NCBI GenBank assembly: GCA_963699755.1
Contig: CAVOVB010000001.1
Location: 160,001-224,000 of the forward strand
Length of the DNA: 64,000 nucleotides
DNA from: an uncultured delta proteobacterium
Lineage (GTDB): Bacteria; Myxococcota_A; Polyangia; Polyangiales; Houyiibacteriaceae
Direction: 5' to 3'
Part shown: positions 39,069 to 49,035 of the stretch, in pieces
Layout of the letters: every line of letters starts with the position of its first letter
How positions within the stretch are numbered: position 1 is the first letter of the stretch
Translations under genes and position numbers: made by a program
The notes under the pieces: generated by a model
What the model saw: the letters and a program-made list of their open reading frames with translations, nothing else
The model's database searches: none
Told to the model about the DNA's origin: nothing

Positions 39069-40502
39069 CTACTCGGAGACCCGAACTTGTATGCTAGTCA
39101 CCAAATCCCCTGTCGAAGTGGCCACATCGGAGACGACCACGACCGGCTCTCCGGCCTCGATGACGGCCCGCTCCCGCAGCTTGGCGAGCGCGTTGACGAT
39201 CGTCTTTTCCGGGTCCCTCGACAAGTTCATGCGAAAGGGAATCACCCCTCGGTTGAGCCAGAGCTTGCGACGGGTGGTGCTCATGTTCGTGAACGCGTAG
39301 ATGATGGCCCGCTGAGGCCGATAGCTTGCAACGAGCTGGCCGAAATAGCCGCGTCGGGTCATCACGACGATCGCCCGGGCACCCAGGGAGTCCGCGAGGC
39401 GACATGCGCCCTGGGCAATGTGTCCGCGCTGTGTCGTCGGCGCCGGACGCTGCTTGTAAAAGTCGAGCCCCGGTCCGGGTTCGATTCGGCGGGCAATCGT
39501 GTCGAGCACCTCCACACAGCGCGCTGGGTACTTCCCTGCCGCCGTCTCGCCGCTGAGCATGATCGCATCGGCCTGCTCGTAGACCGCGTTTGCGACGTCT
39601 GTCACTTCGGCTCGTGTAGGCAGGGGGTTGTCGATCATTGATTCGAGCAAGTGCGTCGCCACGATGATCGGCTTTCCGACAATGGCGCAGCGCCGCACCA
39701 TGTCGCGCTGAAGCACGGGAAGGTCCTCGAAGGCTACCTCGACACCGAGGTCGCCTCGGGCAACCATGATCCCGTCGGCTGCTTCGAGGATCGACTCGAA
39801 GTTGTCGACACCTTCCTGGTTTTCGATCTTTGCGATGAGGCGCTGGTGACCTCCGGCATCGTCTACGATCTTTCGGACTTCCAAGACGTCTTGGGGGCCT
39901 CGGACGAACGAGAGCGCAATGAAATCGAGGTCCTGCTCGAGTGCGAAGCCGATGTCCTCGCGATCTTTGTTGGTGATCGAAGGCAAATTGACGCGAACTC
40001 CGGGCAAGTTGACGTGCTTGCGAGAGCCAAGCGTTCCGCCATCGAGGACTCTGCACTTGAGGCGATGCTCCATGACTTCGAGCACTTCCAAATTGATGAG
40101 GCCATTGTCGACCGTGACTCGCTCACCGACCCGTAGATCATTGACGAGGTCCAGGTAGTTCACGTGGACGCTCCGTTCCTCAGCGTCGTCTGCCAGAACC
40201 GAGAAGTAGAATACGTCGCCGGCCTTGAGGTCGAGGCTCTCGGCAAGCTCGCCCGTCCGAATTTCGGGGCCCTGAAGATCCATCAAGATCGAAACCGGGT
40301 GGGCGAGCTTTTTGCTGAGGCTCTTGAGGTTCCGAATGACCTGCAGGTGAGATGCGTGATTGCCGTGCGACATGTTGAGCCGGGCGAGATTCATGCCCGC
40401 ATGCGCCAGGCTTACGAGCCCGTCCCAGGAGCTGGTCGACGGACCGATCGTGCAGACGATCTTCGTGAGTCGCGTTTGCGATTGTTGGGGCGGCATCTTC
40501 AT
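39069..40502 (-). CDS. pyk: Pyruvate kinase
   Basis: TKIVCTIGP, ARLNMSHG, DLQGPEIRTG, AKIEN, MVARGDLGVE, PTRAE, MLSGETA. Confidence 0.96.
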   Translation of the reverse strand: MKMPPQQSQTRLTKIVCTIGPSTSSWDGLVSLAHAGMNLARLNMSHGNHASHLQVIRNLKSLSKKLAHPVSILMDLQGPEIRTGELAESLDLKAGDVFYFSVLADDAEERSVHVNYLDLVNDLRVGERVTVDNGLINLEVLEVMEHRLKCRVLDGGTLGSRKHVNLPGVRVNLPSITNKDREDIGFALEQDLDFIALSFVRGPQDVLEVRKIVDDAGGHQRLIAKIENQEGVDNFESILEAADGIMVARGDLGVEVAFEDLPVLQRDMVRRCAIVGKPIIVATHLLESMIDNPLPTRAEVTDVANAVYEQADAIMLSGETAAGKYPARCVEVLDTIARRIEPGPGLDFYKQRPAPTTQRGHIAQGACRLADSLGARAIVVMTRRGYFGQLVASYRPQRAIIYAFTNMSTTRRKLWLNRGVIPFRMNLSRDPEKTIVNALAKLRERAVIEAGEPVVVVSDVATSTGDLVTSIQVRVSE

Positions 40503-40526
40503 TGCAGCGCCGAGCCTAGGCCAGGG

Positions 40527-41600
40527 CTAAACCCCTGACAAACGGCGCCGGAGCAATGCGAAGCCCAGCAGGAGGCCGAGAGCTGAAATCGGCGATCGAT
40601 CGCCCGAGGTCGTCGAGAATGCCGCGCAGGCGTTTGCGCGCTCGAGCGAACCTCCTTTGGGCACACTGATCGGGTCGGCTCCATTGGCAAGAAATGAGCC
40701 ATCCTCCGTGCTCATCCGCGAGCTTGGCATGAACCGACTTCCCGCGGCCTCCGCGATCCAGGGCAGATAGGCGGAGAGCAAGGTGTAGACACCCCCATCA
40801 CCGCAGTCGCGCTTCACATCGGAGCGGCCGCGCGAGACGAGGCCGACGAGAAAATTGCCGTCCTCGGTTGGAACGTAAAGCGGACCGCCAGAGTCACCGT
40901 AGCAGGAGTCACCTAGCTGATCGATTCTACGTGTCAGCAGCTCCTGGTGACCGAGGATGTCGATCACGGCGTCTGAAATGTAGAGCTCGCCGGTGAGATT
41001 GTCGTCGATGTCGTAGACCCCGTAACCGGCAACGAATGCCACATCACCATGGTGGACGAGCTCTCGCTCGCGCTCGGCCGTCAGCATGGGCGCGCTGGGG
41101 ATTGCATCGAAGGGAGCTCCGAGGAACAGCAGTGCGATGTCGTTTGGCGAGCCGATGCCCCCCTGACCTGCGCCGCTTCGATTTCGGCCCATGATGAATT
41201 CGTGATCGTAATCCTCGTGGACGCGTACTTGGAGCACGGCGCGCATCATGCTCGGGTCGGCGCTGCGGCTCGCAAGATGGCCAGCGACCACTTGCAATGA
41301 GCTTGGCGCCGCCGCTCGAACGACGCCGACTTCCGGTTCGACCACTGCGCAGTGCGCGGCGGTCACGACGACAAGCGGAGAAATCAGCGTCCCAGTGCAG
41401 AAGCCCATGCTCGCACCGCTGCGTCTGATCTCGACGGTCGCGAAGATCTGCTGCTCGGTTGCGGCCCAGCCGCCAACGATCTCCGCGCTCGTTGCGCCGA
41501 CCTCGCCCGCCCAGTTCGCGCTGTGAGACGGATCACCACAACCAAGGGTTATACCCAAAAGGATTACAGATAGGGCTTTGTATGCCTCTGGCGGACTCAT
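40527..41600 (-). CDS. S1 trypsin-family protease lipoprotein with MYXO-CTERM-like tail
   Basis: TLGC; IVGG; TAAHC; NDIALL; DSCYGDSGGP; hydrophobic + RRR tail. Confidence 0.9.
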   Translation of the reverse strand: MSPPEAYKALSVILLGITLGCGDPSHSANWAGEVGATSAEIVGGWAATEQQIFATVEIRRSGASMGFCTGTLISPLVVVTAAHCAVVEPEVGVVRAAAPSSLQVVAGHLASRSADPSMMRAVLQVRVHEDYDHEFIMGRNRSGAGQGGIGSPNDIALLFLGAPFDAIPSAPMLTAERERELVHHGDVAFVAGYGVYDIDDNLTGELYISDAVIDILGHQELLTRRIDQLGDSCYGDSGGPLYVPTEDGNFLVGLVSRGRSDVKRDCGDGGVYTLLSAYLPWIAEAAGSRFMPSSRMSTEDGSFLANGADPISVPKGGSLERANACAAFSTTSGDRSPISALGLLLGFALLRRRLSGV

Positions 41601-41762
41601 GGGGAAAGGTAGGTGGGCGTATCATGAGTGCATCGGCCTTGATAGAGTGAACAGATGTTTGCCCTCTGGGATCCGACCAATCGGTGAGCTGACAAACCTT
41701 TGGCCGTTGCGAAAAACTTGGTGCGGACAGCCCGCGAGACGACAGTCGTTCCAGTGGAACGA

Positions 41763-42368
41763 ATGAGCCGTCGCGCACGCCGCAAAGAGGAGACCCTGCG
41801 CCGGATCGAAGAGGCCGGATGGAAGTTGTTCCGCACCCGGGGCTATGAGGCCGCATCGACCAGGGAGATTGCAGAGGCCGCAGACATCGCAGCGGGGACG
41901 CTGTTCAACTATTTCCCCGAGAAGCGCGGCCTCCTGATCTACTTGATGCAGAGGCAGATCGATGCGGCGCTGGCAGAGGCGTTGGCAACGCTGAGGCCAT
42001 CGACGCTCGAGCAGGACTTGACGCACGTGTTTACGGCGCTGACCGAAAGCTACGCGAAAGATCGGCGGCTAAGCCGGGTATTCATCAAGGAGTTGCTGTT
42101 CACCGGCGGCCAGCGGCGAGCCGAATCCGCTGCATGGACCTTCGACCTGGTGAAGCAGGTCGCCGACTTGGTCAGGAACGCACAGGGGCGCGGAGAGCTC
42201 GATCCGTCGATCGAGCCCATGGACGCCGCGCAGCAGATCTTCAGCGCACACTACTTCGGTCTCGTGACCTGGTTGGGCGGCACGATTCCGTCGCGAGCTG
42301 CGCAAGAAGAACAGTTTGGGGTTTCGCTACGCCTGCTTCTGCGCGGCCTGCGCCGAAGCGCGGCCTAG
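41763..42368 (+). CDS. TetR family transcriptional regulator
   Basis: LFRTRGYEAASTREIAEAADIAAGTLFNYFPEK HTH. Start uncertain (41700/41754/41763). Confidence 0.9.
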   Translation: MSRRARRKEETLRRIEEAGWKLFRTRGYEAASTREIAEAADIAAGTLFNYFPEKRGLLIYLMQRQIDAALAEALATLRPSTLEQDLTHVFTALTESYAKDRRLSRVFIKELLFTGGQRRAESAAWTFDLVKQVADLVRNAQGRGELDPSIEPMDAAQQIFSAHYFGLVTWLGGTIPSRAAQEEQFGVSLRLLLRGLRRSAA

Positions 42369-43262
42369 CCTCGCGCTCACGTCGAGAACCGCCGCTGCGA
42401 TCTCCTCAGGAACCTCTTCTTGGAGAAAATGCCCGGCCTGTGTCTCGGTCACCGGAGGGTCGCCGAGAAGCGCTTTGGTGCGCTTCAATGCGCGTGCGAG
42501 GATCGGATCGCGCCGACCCCAGACCATCGCCTTCGGCCCATCGAAGCTGCCAGCCAAAGCCGCGCACTCTTCGAGCGCCGGGATCGATGGATGCCCGATT
42601 CGATCGACTGCCATGCGGGCCGTGGCGAGCGGGGCGACGCGATCGCGAACGTGTCGAAACGGATAGCGGTAGGCGCGCGCGACGTTGCCGCGAATGCTCG
42701 ACTTGTCGCCCTGGGCCATGTGCAAGGCGGCCTGAGGCAGGGGCAGGACGCGAAACGCGAAGTCGCTGACGAGTGGCAGGTGCGAAAAACGGTGAAATGC
42801 CGTCGGTTTGAAGCCGGGCGAGGGCGCGTCGAGCACCGTGTTCAGCACGACCATCCCGCCGAGGCGATCTTGGCGCGTGGTGAAGGGATGGAGCCCGATC
42901 GCTCCGCCCCAATCCTGGCAGACGAGGATCAGATCGTGGAGGTCGAGTTGGTCGATGAGCGAGCCGAGCCACTTGCTGTGATTGCGGATGGTGTGCAGCG
43001 AGAAGTCGCGAGGCTTGTCACTTAACCCGAAGCCGATCAGGTCCGGCATGATCAAGCGAAGCCCCTGCCCTTGCAGGCACATCGCGACCTTGCGGTAGAG
43101 AAATCCCCAGGTCGGATTCCCGTGGACCATCAGCACGGGCCAACCCCGACCGGTTTCCATCACATGCATGTGGAGCCCATCGCCCACGGCGATGCGATAT
43201 CGGGTGAAGGGAACTTCCTTCGCGATCCATTCGGGAAGCTCGGGCGCAGGCTGGGTTTCCAC
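42327..43262 (-). CDS. Haloalkane-dehalogenase-like alpha/beta hydrolase
   Basis: HGNPTW, PDLIGFGLSDKP, QDWGG, GHFLQE. Start estimated. Confidence 0.88.
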   Translation of the reverse strand: METQPAPELPEWIAKEVPFTRYRIAVGDGLHMHVMETGRGWPVLMVHGNPTWGFLYRKVAMCLQGQGLRLIMPDLIGFGLSDKPRDFSLHTIRNHSKWLGSLIDQLDLHDLILVCQDWGGAIGLHPFTTRQDRLGGMVVLNTVLDAPSPGFKPTAFHRFSHLPLVSDFAFRVLPLPQAALHMAQGDKSSIRGNVARAYRYPFRHVRDRVAPLATARMAVDRIGHPSIPALEECAALAGSFDGPKAMVWGRRDPILARALKRTKALLGDPPVTETQAGHFLQEEVPEEIAAAVLDVSARLGRASAQAAQKQA

Positions 43263-43360
43263 GAGATGGAGGGTACCCCTTCGGGCCGCGCGGGGAAAGT
43301 GGAACACAACTCGGGCAACGACAAACCATACGATCGAAGAACGGCTCGCGGCGGGCGTGC

Positions 43361-44038
43361 TCAATCCACGGCCTGGGCGCGCCATTTTCGCAGAATGAAA
43401 ACGCCGATCGCGGCGATGACGACGGTGGCGATGATGAGGATCGGCCAGAGCTGATCCCAGGGCCAGGCCGCGACGGGGTGCTCCTCGATCCATTTGGCGA
43501 CTCGAATCCCGACCAGAGTGGTCATCAAGGTGAAGGGCGCGACACCGAGCACGGTGGCTCCCAGAAACGGAGCGAAGGCAACCCGCGACACGCCGAGCGC
43601 CCATTGCACGGTCGGCGTCGTGTAGAAAATCAGCCTAAGCAGGAACACGGTTCGGAACCCATGAGTTTGGAGCCGTTCGTCAAAGCGACGAATCCGGGGC
43701 GGCAAGCGCTCTTGAATCCAATCACGTGCAACGAAGCGAGCAACGACGAACGAAAACAGTCCCGTGCCAACGGTGCCCGCCCAATTCAGAAAGAACGCTT
43801 CGGTCGGGGTCCAGATCAGGGGTGCGCTGAGAAGGAAGACCAGCCCGTTGAGGCCGAACGGCTGCAGGCAGGAGTACGCCACGATGAAGAGTAGCCCGCC
43901 CCAGGGACCTGCCTTCCGAAACCAGACCCGCATCGTGGCTGGGTCGAGCTCTTCGTAGGCGCCGCTCGCGTAGATCCAGGCGACAAGACCGGCGAGGAGC
44001 GCCGCGAATGCGATCTTCAGGAGGCTTCCCCGATCCAT
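43361..44038 (-). CDS. TVP38/TMEM64 (DedA/VTT) membrane protein
   Basis: Hydrophobic profile; FVVARFVARDW...GFRTVFLLRL...GVSRV. Confidence 0.85.
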   Translation of the reverse strand: MDRGSLLKIAFAALLAGLVAWIYASGAYEELDPATMRVWFRKAGPWGGLLFIVAYSCLQPFGLNGLVFLLSAPLIWTPTEAFFLNWAGTVGTGLFSFVVARFVARDWIQERLPPRIRRFDERLQTHGFRTVFLLRLIFYTTPTVQWALGVSRVAFAPFLGATVLGVAPFTLMTTLVGIRVAKWIEEHPVAAWPWDQLWPILIIATVVIAAIGVFILRKWRAQAVD

Positions 44039-44126
44039 GGGCCGAAGCCTAGCGCAGGACCCGCAGAGAACCCTGGACATCGTGAATTCAGCTGGATACA
44101 AATGCTCCTCGGGACAGGAGCACGTC

Positions 44127-45506
44127 GTGCAAGGAGCAGTGAAGACCGAATTACTGGCGCCCGCGACCGGGCCAGCCGCGGCCGTCGAAGCTGAGGAAAC
44201 CGCCCGCGAGTTCGGGGGCACCTTCGGGGCCGCGTTCATCATGACCCTCTCGCACGCCTTGATGCTCTACCTCTGGATCGCGTGGCGGTTTTACGACGGC
44301 GCTGTCTTCTATCCAGCAGGGCTTTCGGATCTGGGCCCCTTCTTCGCACGGATTTGGGATCAGATCGTCACCTACGCCTCGCCGACTTGGAGCACATTTG
44401 CGATCTACTGGACGTTCCTGGTCATCGAAGGATGGATGGCGGCGTACCTGCCGGGCCTGGAGATCAAAGGCCTTCCGATACCGTCGCGCAATGGCGAGCG
44501 TTTGGTCTACCGCTGCAACGGAATCACCGCCTGGTACCTCAGCCTGATTGCAATCGCGATCTTGCACTTCAGCGGCGTCTTCCCACTGGAGACGATCTAC
44601 ACGCAGTTTGGCTCATTCATGATCACCGCGATGATCAGTGCAAACATCGTTGCGCTCATCGTTTACTTCGGAGCGAAGGCCACCGGCAATGCGGAGCGGA
44701 TGTCGGGGAGCTTTCTCTACGACTTCTTCATGGGCGCCTGGCTCAATCCTCGAGTCGGCCCCCTGGATCTCAAGATGTGGGCCGAGGTCCGAGTGTCCTG
44801 GTTGACACTCTTCCTGCTGACGTGCAGCGGCGCGGCTCACCAATACGCGACCTATGGCACCCTGAGCACCCCGATGATCTTCATGGTGGTGGCGCATTTC
44901 CTCTATACCAACGCCTGCATGAAAGGCGAAGAGTGCATCCCGACCACCTGGGACATCTTTTACGAGAAGTGGGGCTGGATGCTCGTCTTCTGGAATCTCG
45001 CCGGCGTGCCTTTCGTCTATTGCTTCAACTCGATGTACATCGCGTCGCGGCCACCCTTCGAGCACTCAATTCCGTACACAGTATTCTGCTTCGCGTTGCT
45101 GTTCGGCGCGTACTACGTTTGGGATACGGCACAGAGCCAGCGCAACCGCTTCCGCATGAAGCTCAATGGTTCATACGTGAAACGCAAGGCGTTCCCGCAA
45201 CTGCCCTGGGGCACACTCGAGAACCCTCGCTACCTCGACACCGAGGCCGGCTCCAAGCTACTGGTCGACGGCTGGTGGCGCTACGCCAGGAAGATCCACT
45301 ACACGGCCGACATCTTGATGGCCTTGTCCTGGGGCTTGATTTGCGGCTTGGACCACTTTTTGCCGTATCTCTACGTGACCTTTTTCGTGGTGATGATCCT
45401 GCACCGCGCGGGACGCGACATCAGTCGTTGCAAGAAGAAGTACGGCCCCGATTGGGATCGCTACTGCGAAGAAGTTCCATACCTATTCATTCCGTATCTG
45501 TTCTGA
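44127..45506 (+). CDS. ERG4-type Delta24(24(1))-sterol reductase (ERG4/ERG24 family)
   Basis: EFGG, YRCNG, YDFFMGAWLNPR, DLKMWAEVR, YTNACMKGEECIPTTWD, FWNLAGVPF, LLVDGWWRYARKIHYTAD, CKKKYG..W..YC..VPY. Start estimated from the RBS. Confidence 0.9.
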   Translation: MQGAVKTELLAPATGPAAAVEAEETAREFGGTFGAAFIMTLSHALMLYLWIAWRFYDGAVFYPAGLSDLGPFFARIWDQIVTYASPTWSTFAIYWTFLVIEGWMAAYLPGLEIKGLPIPSRNGERLVYRCNGITAWYLSLIAIAILHFSGVFPLETIYTQFGSFMITAMISANIVALIVYFGAKATGNAERMSGSFLYDFFMGAWLNPRVGPLDLKMWAEVRVSWLTLFLLTCSGAAHQYATYGTLSTPMIFMVVAHFLYTNACMKGEECIPTTWDIFYEKWGWMLVFWNLAGVPFVYCFNSMYIASRPPFEHSIPYTVFCFALLFGAYYVWDTAQSQRNRFRMKLNGSYVKRKAFPQLPWGTLENPRYLDTEAGSKLLVDGWWRYARKIHYTADILMALSWGLICGLDHFLPYLYVTFFVVMILHRAGRDISRCKKKYGPDWDRYCEEVPYLFIPYLF

Positions 45507-45572
45507 AGCGACGCGACCAACGATGGTGCGAATCCAGCAACTCCTGGCGCGCTCGCGTGATCGGCGAGTCTG

Positions 45573-46229
45573 CTAAAACAGGTACGCGACGTTGAGTTGC
45601 AGCTGTTGGTAACTGGTTCTGTAGGATGTCTTCGACGCGCTGTTGAGGCTGATCGAATAGTTGAAATCGAAGTTGAACATCGCCACGTCAAAGTTGATGC
45701 CGAAGCGTGCGATCGCTTGATAGATGGCGAAGTCCACGTCCTTGGGCCTGAGCTTGAGCGTGATCTCTCCAATTCCCAGGGCCTCATTCGCGCTTAGCTT
45801 TGTAATGATCTTCGTGTTGAAGTGGTTCACGTATCCTGCGTAGAGGAACAGCTTGAAGAGGGAGTTCTTGTACGGGATGTACCCCATCATGAACGGCAGC
45901 TCGAACGAGTTCACCTGCGCTTCGAGGCTGAGGACGTTGCCGAATTCGTCGGCGTCCTGCACGCTGACCTCCCATCGATTGAATGAGAACAGGATCTCGA
46001 TGAACGCCTTGCGGCGTCGGACTCGTGCACCGAATCCGATCTGCCATCCTGGGAAAACCTCCCGTTGGCGACCCGTCTCGAGTAGAGAAGCGTAGTTCGT
46101 CGCGCTACCCCCGAAAAAGACCTTGACGTCCAGCTTCGGCTGCTGCGCGCCGCTTCTAGACGGTGACGCGAGAAGGAGTATGGGGGTCAGCAGGAGCATC
46201 GCGATGAGCAGAGCCTTGTTCATGCTCAT
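45573..46229 (-). CDS. Outer-membrane beta-barrel protein
   Basis: Signal peptide, amphipathic strands, C-terminal LNVAYLF. ATGA overlap with the sulfatase stop. Confidence 0.72.
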   Translation of the reverse strand: MSMNKALLIAMLLLTPILLLASPSRSGAQQPKLDVKVFFGGSATNYASLLETGRQREVFPGWQIGFGARVRRRKAFIEILFSFNRWEVSVQDADEFGNVLSLEAQVNSFELPFMMGYIPYKNSLFKLFLYAGYVNHFNTKIITKLSANEALGIGEITLKLRPKDVDFAIYQAIARFGINFDVAMFNFDFNYSISLNSASKTSYRTSYQQLQLNVAYLF

Positions 46230-47845
46230 GCCGGGAAGAGGTATTCCTTGCCATCGATTACGAAGCGCTTGTCCATGATGCGCGGCCAGAGCGGCTTCTT
46301 GTGGAGCTTCTCCTTCTGCCACTCCTCGTGCTCTCCATGGAGCGTCTCGTAGAGCGCAGGCATCTGCTCCTTGAGGTTGAGCTTCTCGGATTTGTCGGTT
46401 TCGAGGTCGTAGAGCTCGGCCCAACCGTCGCGCGTGCTCAGGATGAGCTTGTACTTGCCGTCGCGAATCGCCCAGATGTGGTCGGCGCGCCAGAATAGCC
46501 GCTCGTGCGGAACGCCGTTGGCCCTGCCCTGCAGGTAGGGCAGCAGATCCACTCCGTCATACTCGCGATCGCTCGGAAGGATGCCGCCCGCCGCAGCGAC
46601 CGAGGTCGCGAAAATATCGGTCGAGGAAACAGGGTGCTCGTAGCGCATTCCGGAAGGGATCCGCCCCTTCCACTTCATCATGAACGGAACGTTGATCCCG
46701 CCCTCGAACTGGGTGAGCTTTCCGCCCTTGAGAGGGCCGTTGTCCGTTGCGTGCGTGTACGAAGCCCCACCGTTGTCGCTGAGAAGGAAGATGATCGTGT
46801 CGTCCTCGATGCCGGTGTCGATGATGGTTTGATGCACCTCCCCGATCGCATCGTCCAGGGCAGAGATCATCGAGTAGTAGACCCGCTTGTTGTCGTCTTC
46901 GACGTGGGCGTATCGGCAGTAGTAGTCGACGGGCGCTTGGAACGGGACGTGTGGCGCGCTGAACGCGGCGTACAGGAAGAACGGTTCGTCTTTATGCTCC
47001 CGAATGAATGCCTTCATCCGGTCTCTAAATGCGAAAGTGAGATACTGCTCTTCGCGCACCTCCTTCCCGTTCTCGAGGATCATCGCTTCTTCACGCCGGC
47101 CCATGTTCCACTGGTGCTGCGCGCTGAACGAATCGTGCTCGTGATTGATGATGCCCGCCCAATTGCGCTCGGGCGTGTAGAGGGAGAAGGCTCCGTCGAA
47201 ACCGAACTGGTAGTCGAAGCCGCGCGCCAGAGGGACTTGCTTGCGCGACACGCCCAGGTGCCACTTTCCGACGATGCCGGTCGAATAGCCATACTTCTTG
47301 AGGATGTCGGCCAGCGTAATCTCGGTCGGCGGAACACCCTGCTTATGGGCCTGCCACTCTGCCGGAAAAGACGGCTTGGCCTTCACGACGAACTCGCCGG
47401 TATCGACGATCCAACGGCCGGAGATGTACTCGACCCAGTTGGTCGGGTAGTGCTCCATGATCTGCGTCTCGAAGCCGTACCGGTTCTGCACCCGGCCGGT
47501 CATGATGCCCGCTCGTGAGGGTGCGCAGGTGGGAGCGGTCACATAGCCTTCCTGGAAGATGACTCCGTCGAAGCCGATTCGGTCGATGTTGGGCGTCGCG
47601 ATGTGTTCGGCGCCGTAGGCCGAGACTTCGTACTTGCCCAAGTCGTCGGCGAGCAAAATGACGATGTTGGGCTGTCGCTTCGGCTTGGGAATCGCGACCG
47701 GGGCCTTCATGAAGGACGACCGTCCAGCGGCCATTTCCTTGTCGGTCTTGATCCGCCACTTCACGCGCGTGATGGAGCAGCCCACCAGCAAGAGCATGAG
47801 GCACACGAGGAACATCGACGTGAGCAAGCGCTTGTCTTCGAACAT
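46226..47845 (-). CDS. Arylsulfatase (Cys-type FGly sulfatase), lipoprotein
   Basis: LLVGC; PNIVILLADDLG; CAPSRAGIMTG; GKWHLG; APHVP; SDNGG; EGGINVP. Confidence 0.93.
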   Translation of the reverse strand: MFEDKRLLTSMFLVCLMLLLVGCSITRVKWRIKTDKEMAAGRSSFMKAPVAIPKPKRQPNIVILLADDLGKYEVSAYGAEHIATPNIDRIGFDGVIFQEGYVTAPTCAPSRAGIMTGRVQNRYGFETQIMEHYPTNWVEYISGRWIVDTGEFVVKAKPSFPAEWQAHKQGVPPTEITLADILKKYGYSTGIVGKWHLGVSRKQVPLARGFDYQFGFDGAFSLYTPERNWAGIINHEHDSFSAQHQWNMGRREEAMILENGKEVREEQYLTFAFRDRMKAFIREHKDEPFFLYAAFSAPHVPFQAPVDYYCRYAHVEDDNKRVYYSMISALDDAIGEVHQTIIDTGIEDDTIIFLLSDNGGASYTHATDNGPLKGGKLTQFEGGINVPFMMKWKGRIPSGMRYEHPVSSTDIFATSVAAAGGILPSDREYDGVDLLPYLQGRANGVPHERLFWRADHIWAIRDGKYKLILSTRDGWAELYDLETDKSEKLNLKEQMPALYETLHGEHEEWQKEKLHKKPLWPRIMDKRFVIDGKEYLFPA

Positions 47846-47919
47846 CCCAGCTCGGGCAATTGGTACCGGCGACCGACCCACACTGGCAAAAAAGCGGCGG
47901 CGCCCATGACCCGGAGGGA

Positions 47920-48996
47920 CTAGTCGCTGTGGATTGCGCCGAAGTCGCGGAACCTCTTGATGAGCTGTGCGCGTGTCTGGACTCCGAGCTTGCGCATCGC
48001 CGAAGTCATCAAGGTCGACACCCTCCCCTTGGAGAGCCCGAGCTGATAGGCGATGAGCTTGTTGGTTTGTCCCGAGAGCGCGTAGGCGACCACCCGGTGC
48101 TCGCGTTCGGTGAGCCCGCGGGGATCGCCGGTCTTGGGCGCATTCGGGAGGCCGAGCACGAAACGTCGACCGTCGGAATCGAACCAATCGACCGTCGACC
48201 AACGACCCCGCACGAGTGCCGTCCAGAGCTCCAGCGCCTTTTCTGGATCGCTTTCGCGAAGGCGGCCGCGGGATTGATCGATCTGGATGGCCGCGCTGCG
48301 GAGGGCCGCGTGGGCAGCTCTCGCCTTCGCCGGCCCTTCCGCACCGACGACTCGAAAGCCGTTTGGATCGATGACCACTTCCGCGCCATGCGGCAAAGGA
48401 GTCGCTGGCTCGGGCCCAGGCTTTGCCAGCGCGAGCCTCAATCGGTATCCAGCGCCGAAGTGCGCAGCAAGCATTTGGCAACGTTCGCGGGACCGCTCGC
48501 TGAGATTGGTCACCTTGGGAAGCGGCGCGATGAGATACACGCCGTCCCCGCTCGGGTCGAAGGTCGAGATTCCGAGGCCGTCCTTTGCGAAGTCGAAGTG
48601 GCGCATGACCAAATGGAAAGCCTCCAGGTTTTGCCCGGCCGCCTCACTCAGGGTCTGCGGCATCGTCGGACGACTCAAGGTCCAGACGACTTCGGGGGGG
48701 ATTTGCCTCTCCGAACGCAGGACCCGGTCCGCTAGGTCGTCCACGTGGGAGAGCGCATGCAACTGATGGATGACGAGCGGCCCCATTTCCGGCGGGCGTG
48801 TGCAGGTCAGCGCAAAGCTGCCGAGCCCCTGGTCAAACATTGGCGCACCGGCTTCGAGCAATGCCGGCAACCAGTCATCGTGCTCGAGCTCAAGGTTGTA
48901 AGCCGCCTCCACAAAATCGATGAGCGCTGACCCGACCCGTTCCACGACTCCTACGAAGAGCCAAATGGGGCCCCACGTCCATAAGTAATTCTTCAC
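47920..48996 (-). CDS. LuxR-type HTH transcriptional regulator
   Basis: C-terminal LTEREHRV...GQTNKLIAYQLGLS...AMRKLGV. Start uncertain. Confidence 0.88.
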   Translation of the reverse strand: MKNYLWTWGPIWLFVGVVERVGSALIDFVEAAYNLELEHDDWLPALLEAGAPMFDQGLGSFALTCTRPPEMGPLVIHQLHALSHVDDLADRVLRSERQIPPEVVWTLSRPTMPQTLSEAAGQNLEAFHLVMRHFDFAKDGLGISTFDPSGDGVYLIAPLPKVTNLSERSRERCQMLAAHFGAGYRLRLALAKPGPEPATPLPHGAEVVIDPNGFRVVGAEGPAKARAAHAALRSAAIQIDQSRGRLRESDPEKALELWTALVRGRWSTVDWFDSDGRRFVLGLPNAPKTGDPRGLTEREHRVVAYALSGQTNKLIAYQLGLSKGRVSTLMTSAMRKLGVQTRAQLIKRFRDFGAIHSD

Positions 48997-49035
48997 CCTG
49001 AACCATCGAGAGTGCCAAGTCGTCGGGAATTCTGG

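Noticed and set aside
41647..41662. GTGAACAGATGTTTGC upstream of the TetR gene as a third KstR-like box
   Set aside because: AAC-GTT spacing is 4 nt rather than 2; it may be a different operator but is unsupported.
47846..48481. Long N-terminal extension of the 751-aa sulfatase ORF (similar extensions on 42327-43604, 17544-19844, 54098-55366, 62044-62973, 9051-10124)
   Set aside because: The extensions overlap neighbouring genes and are low-complexity; internal starts give normal proteins with signal peptides or RBS, so these are not fusions.
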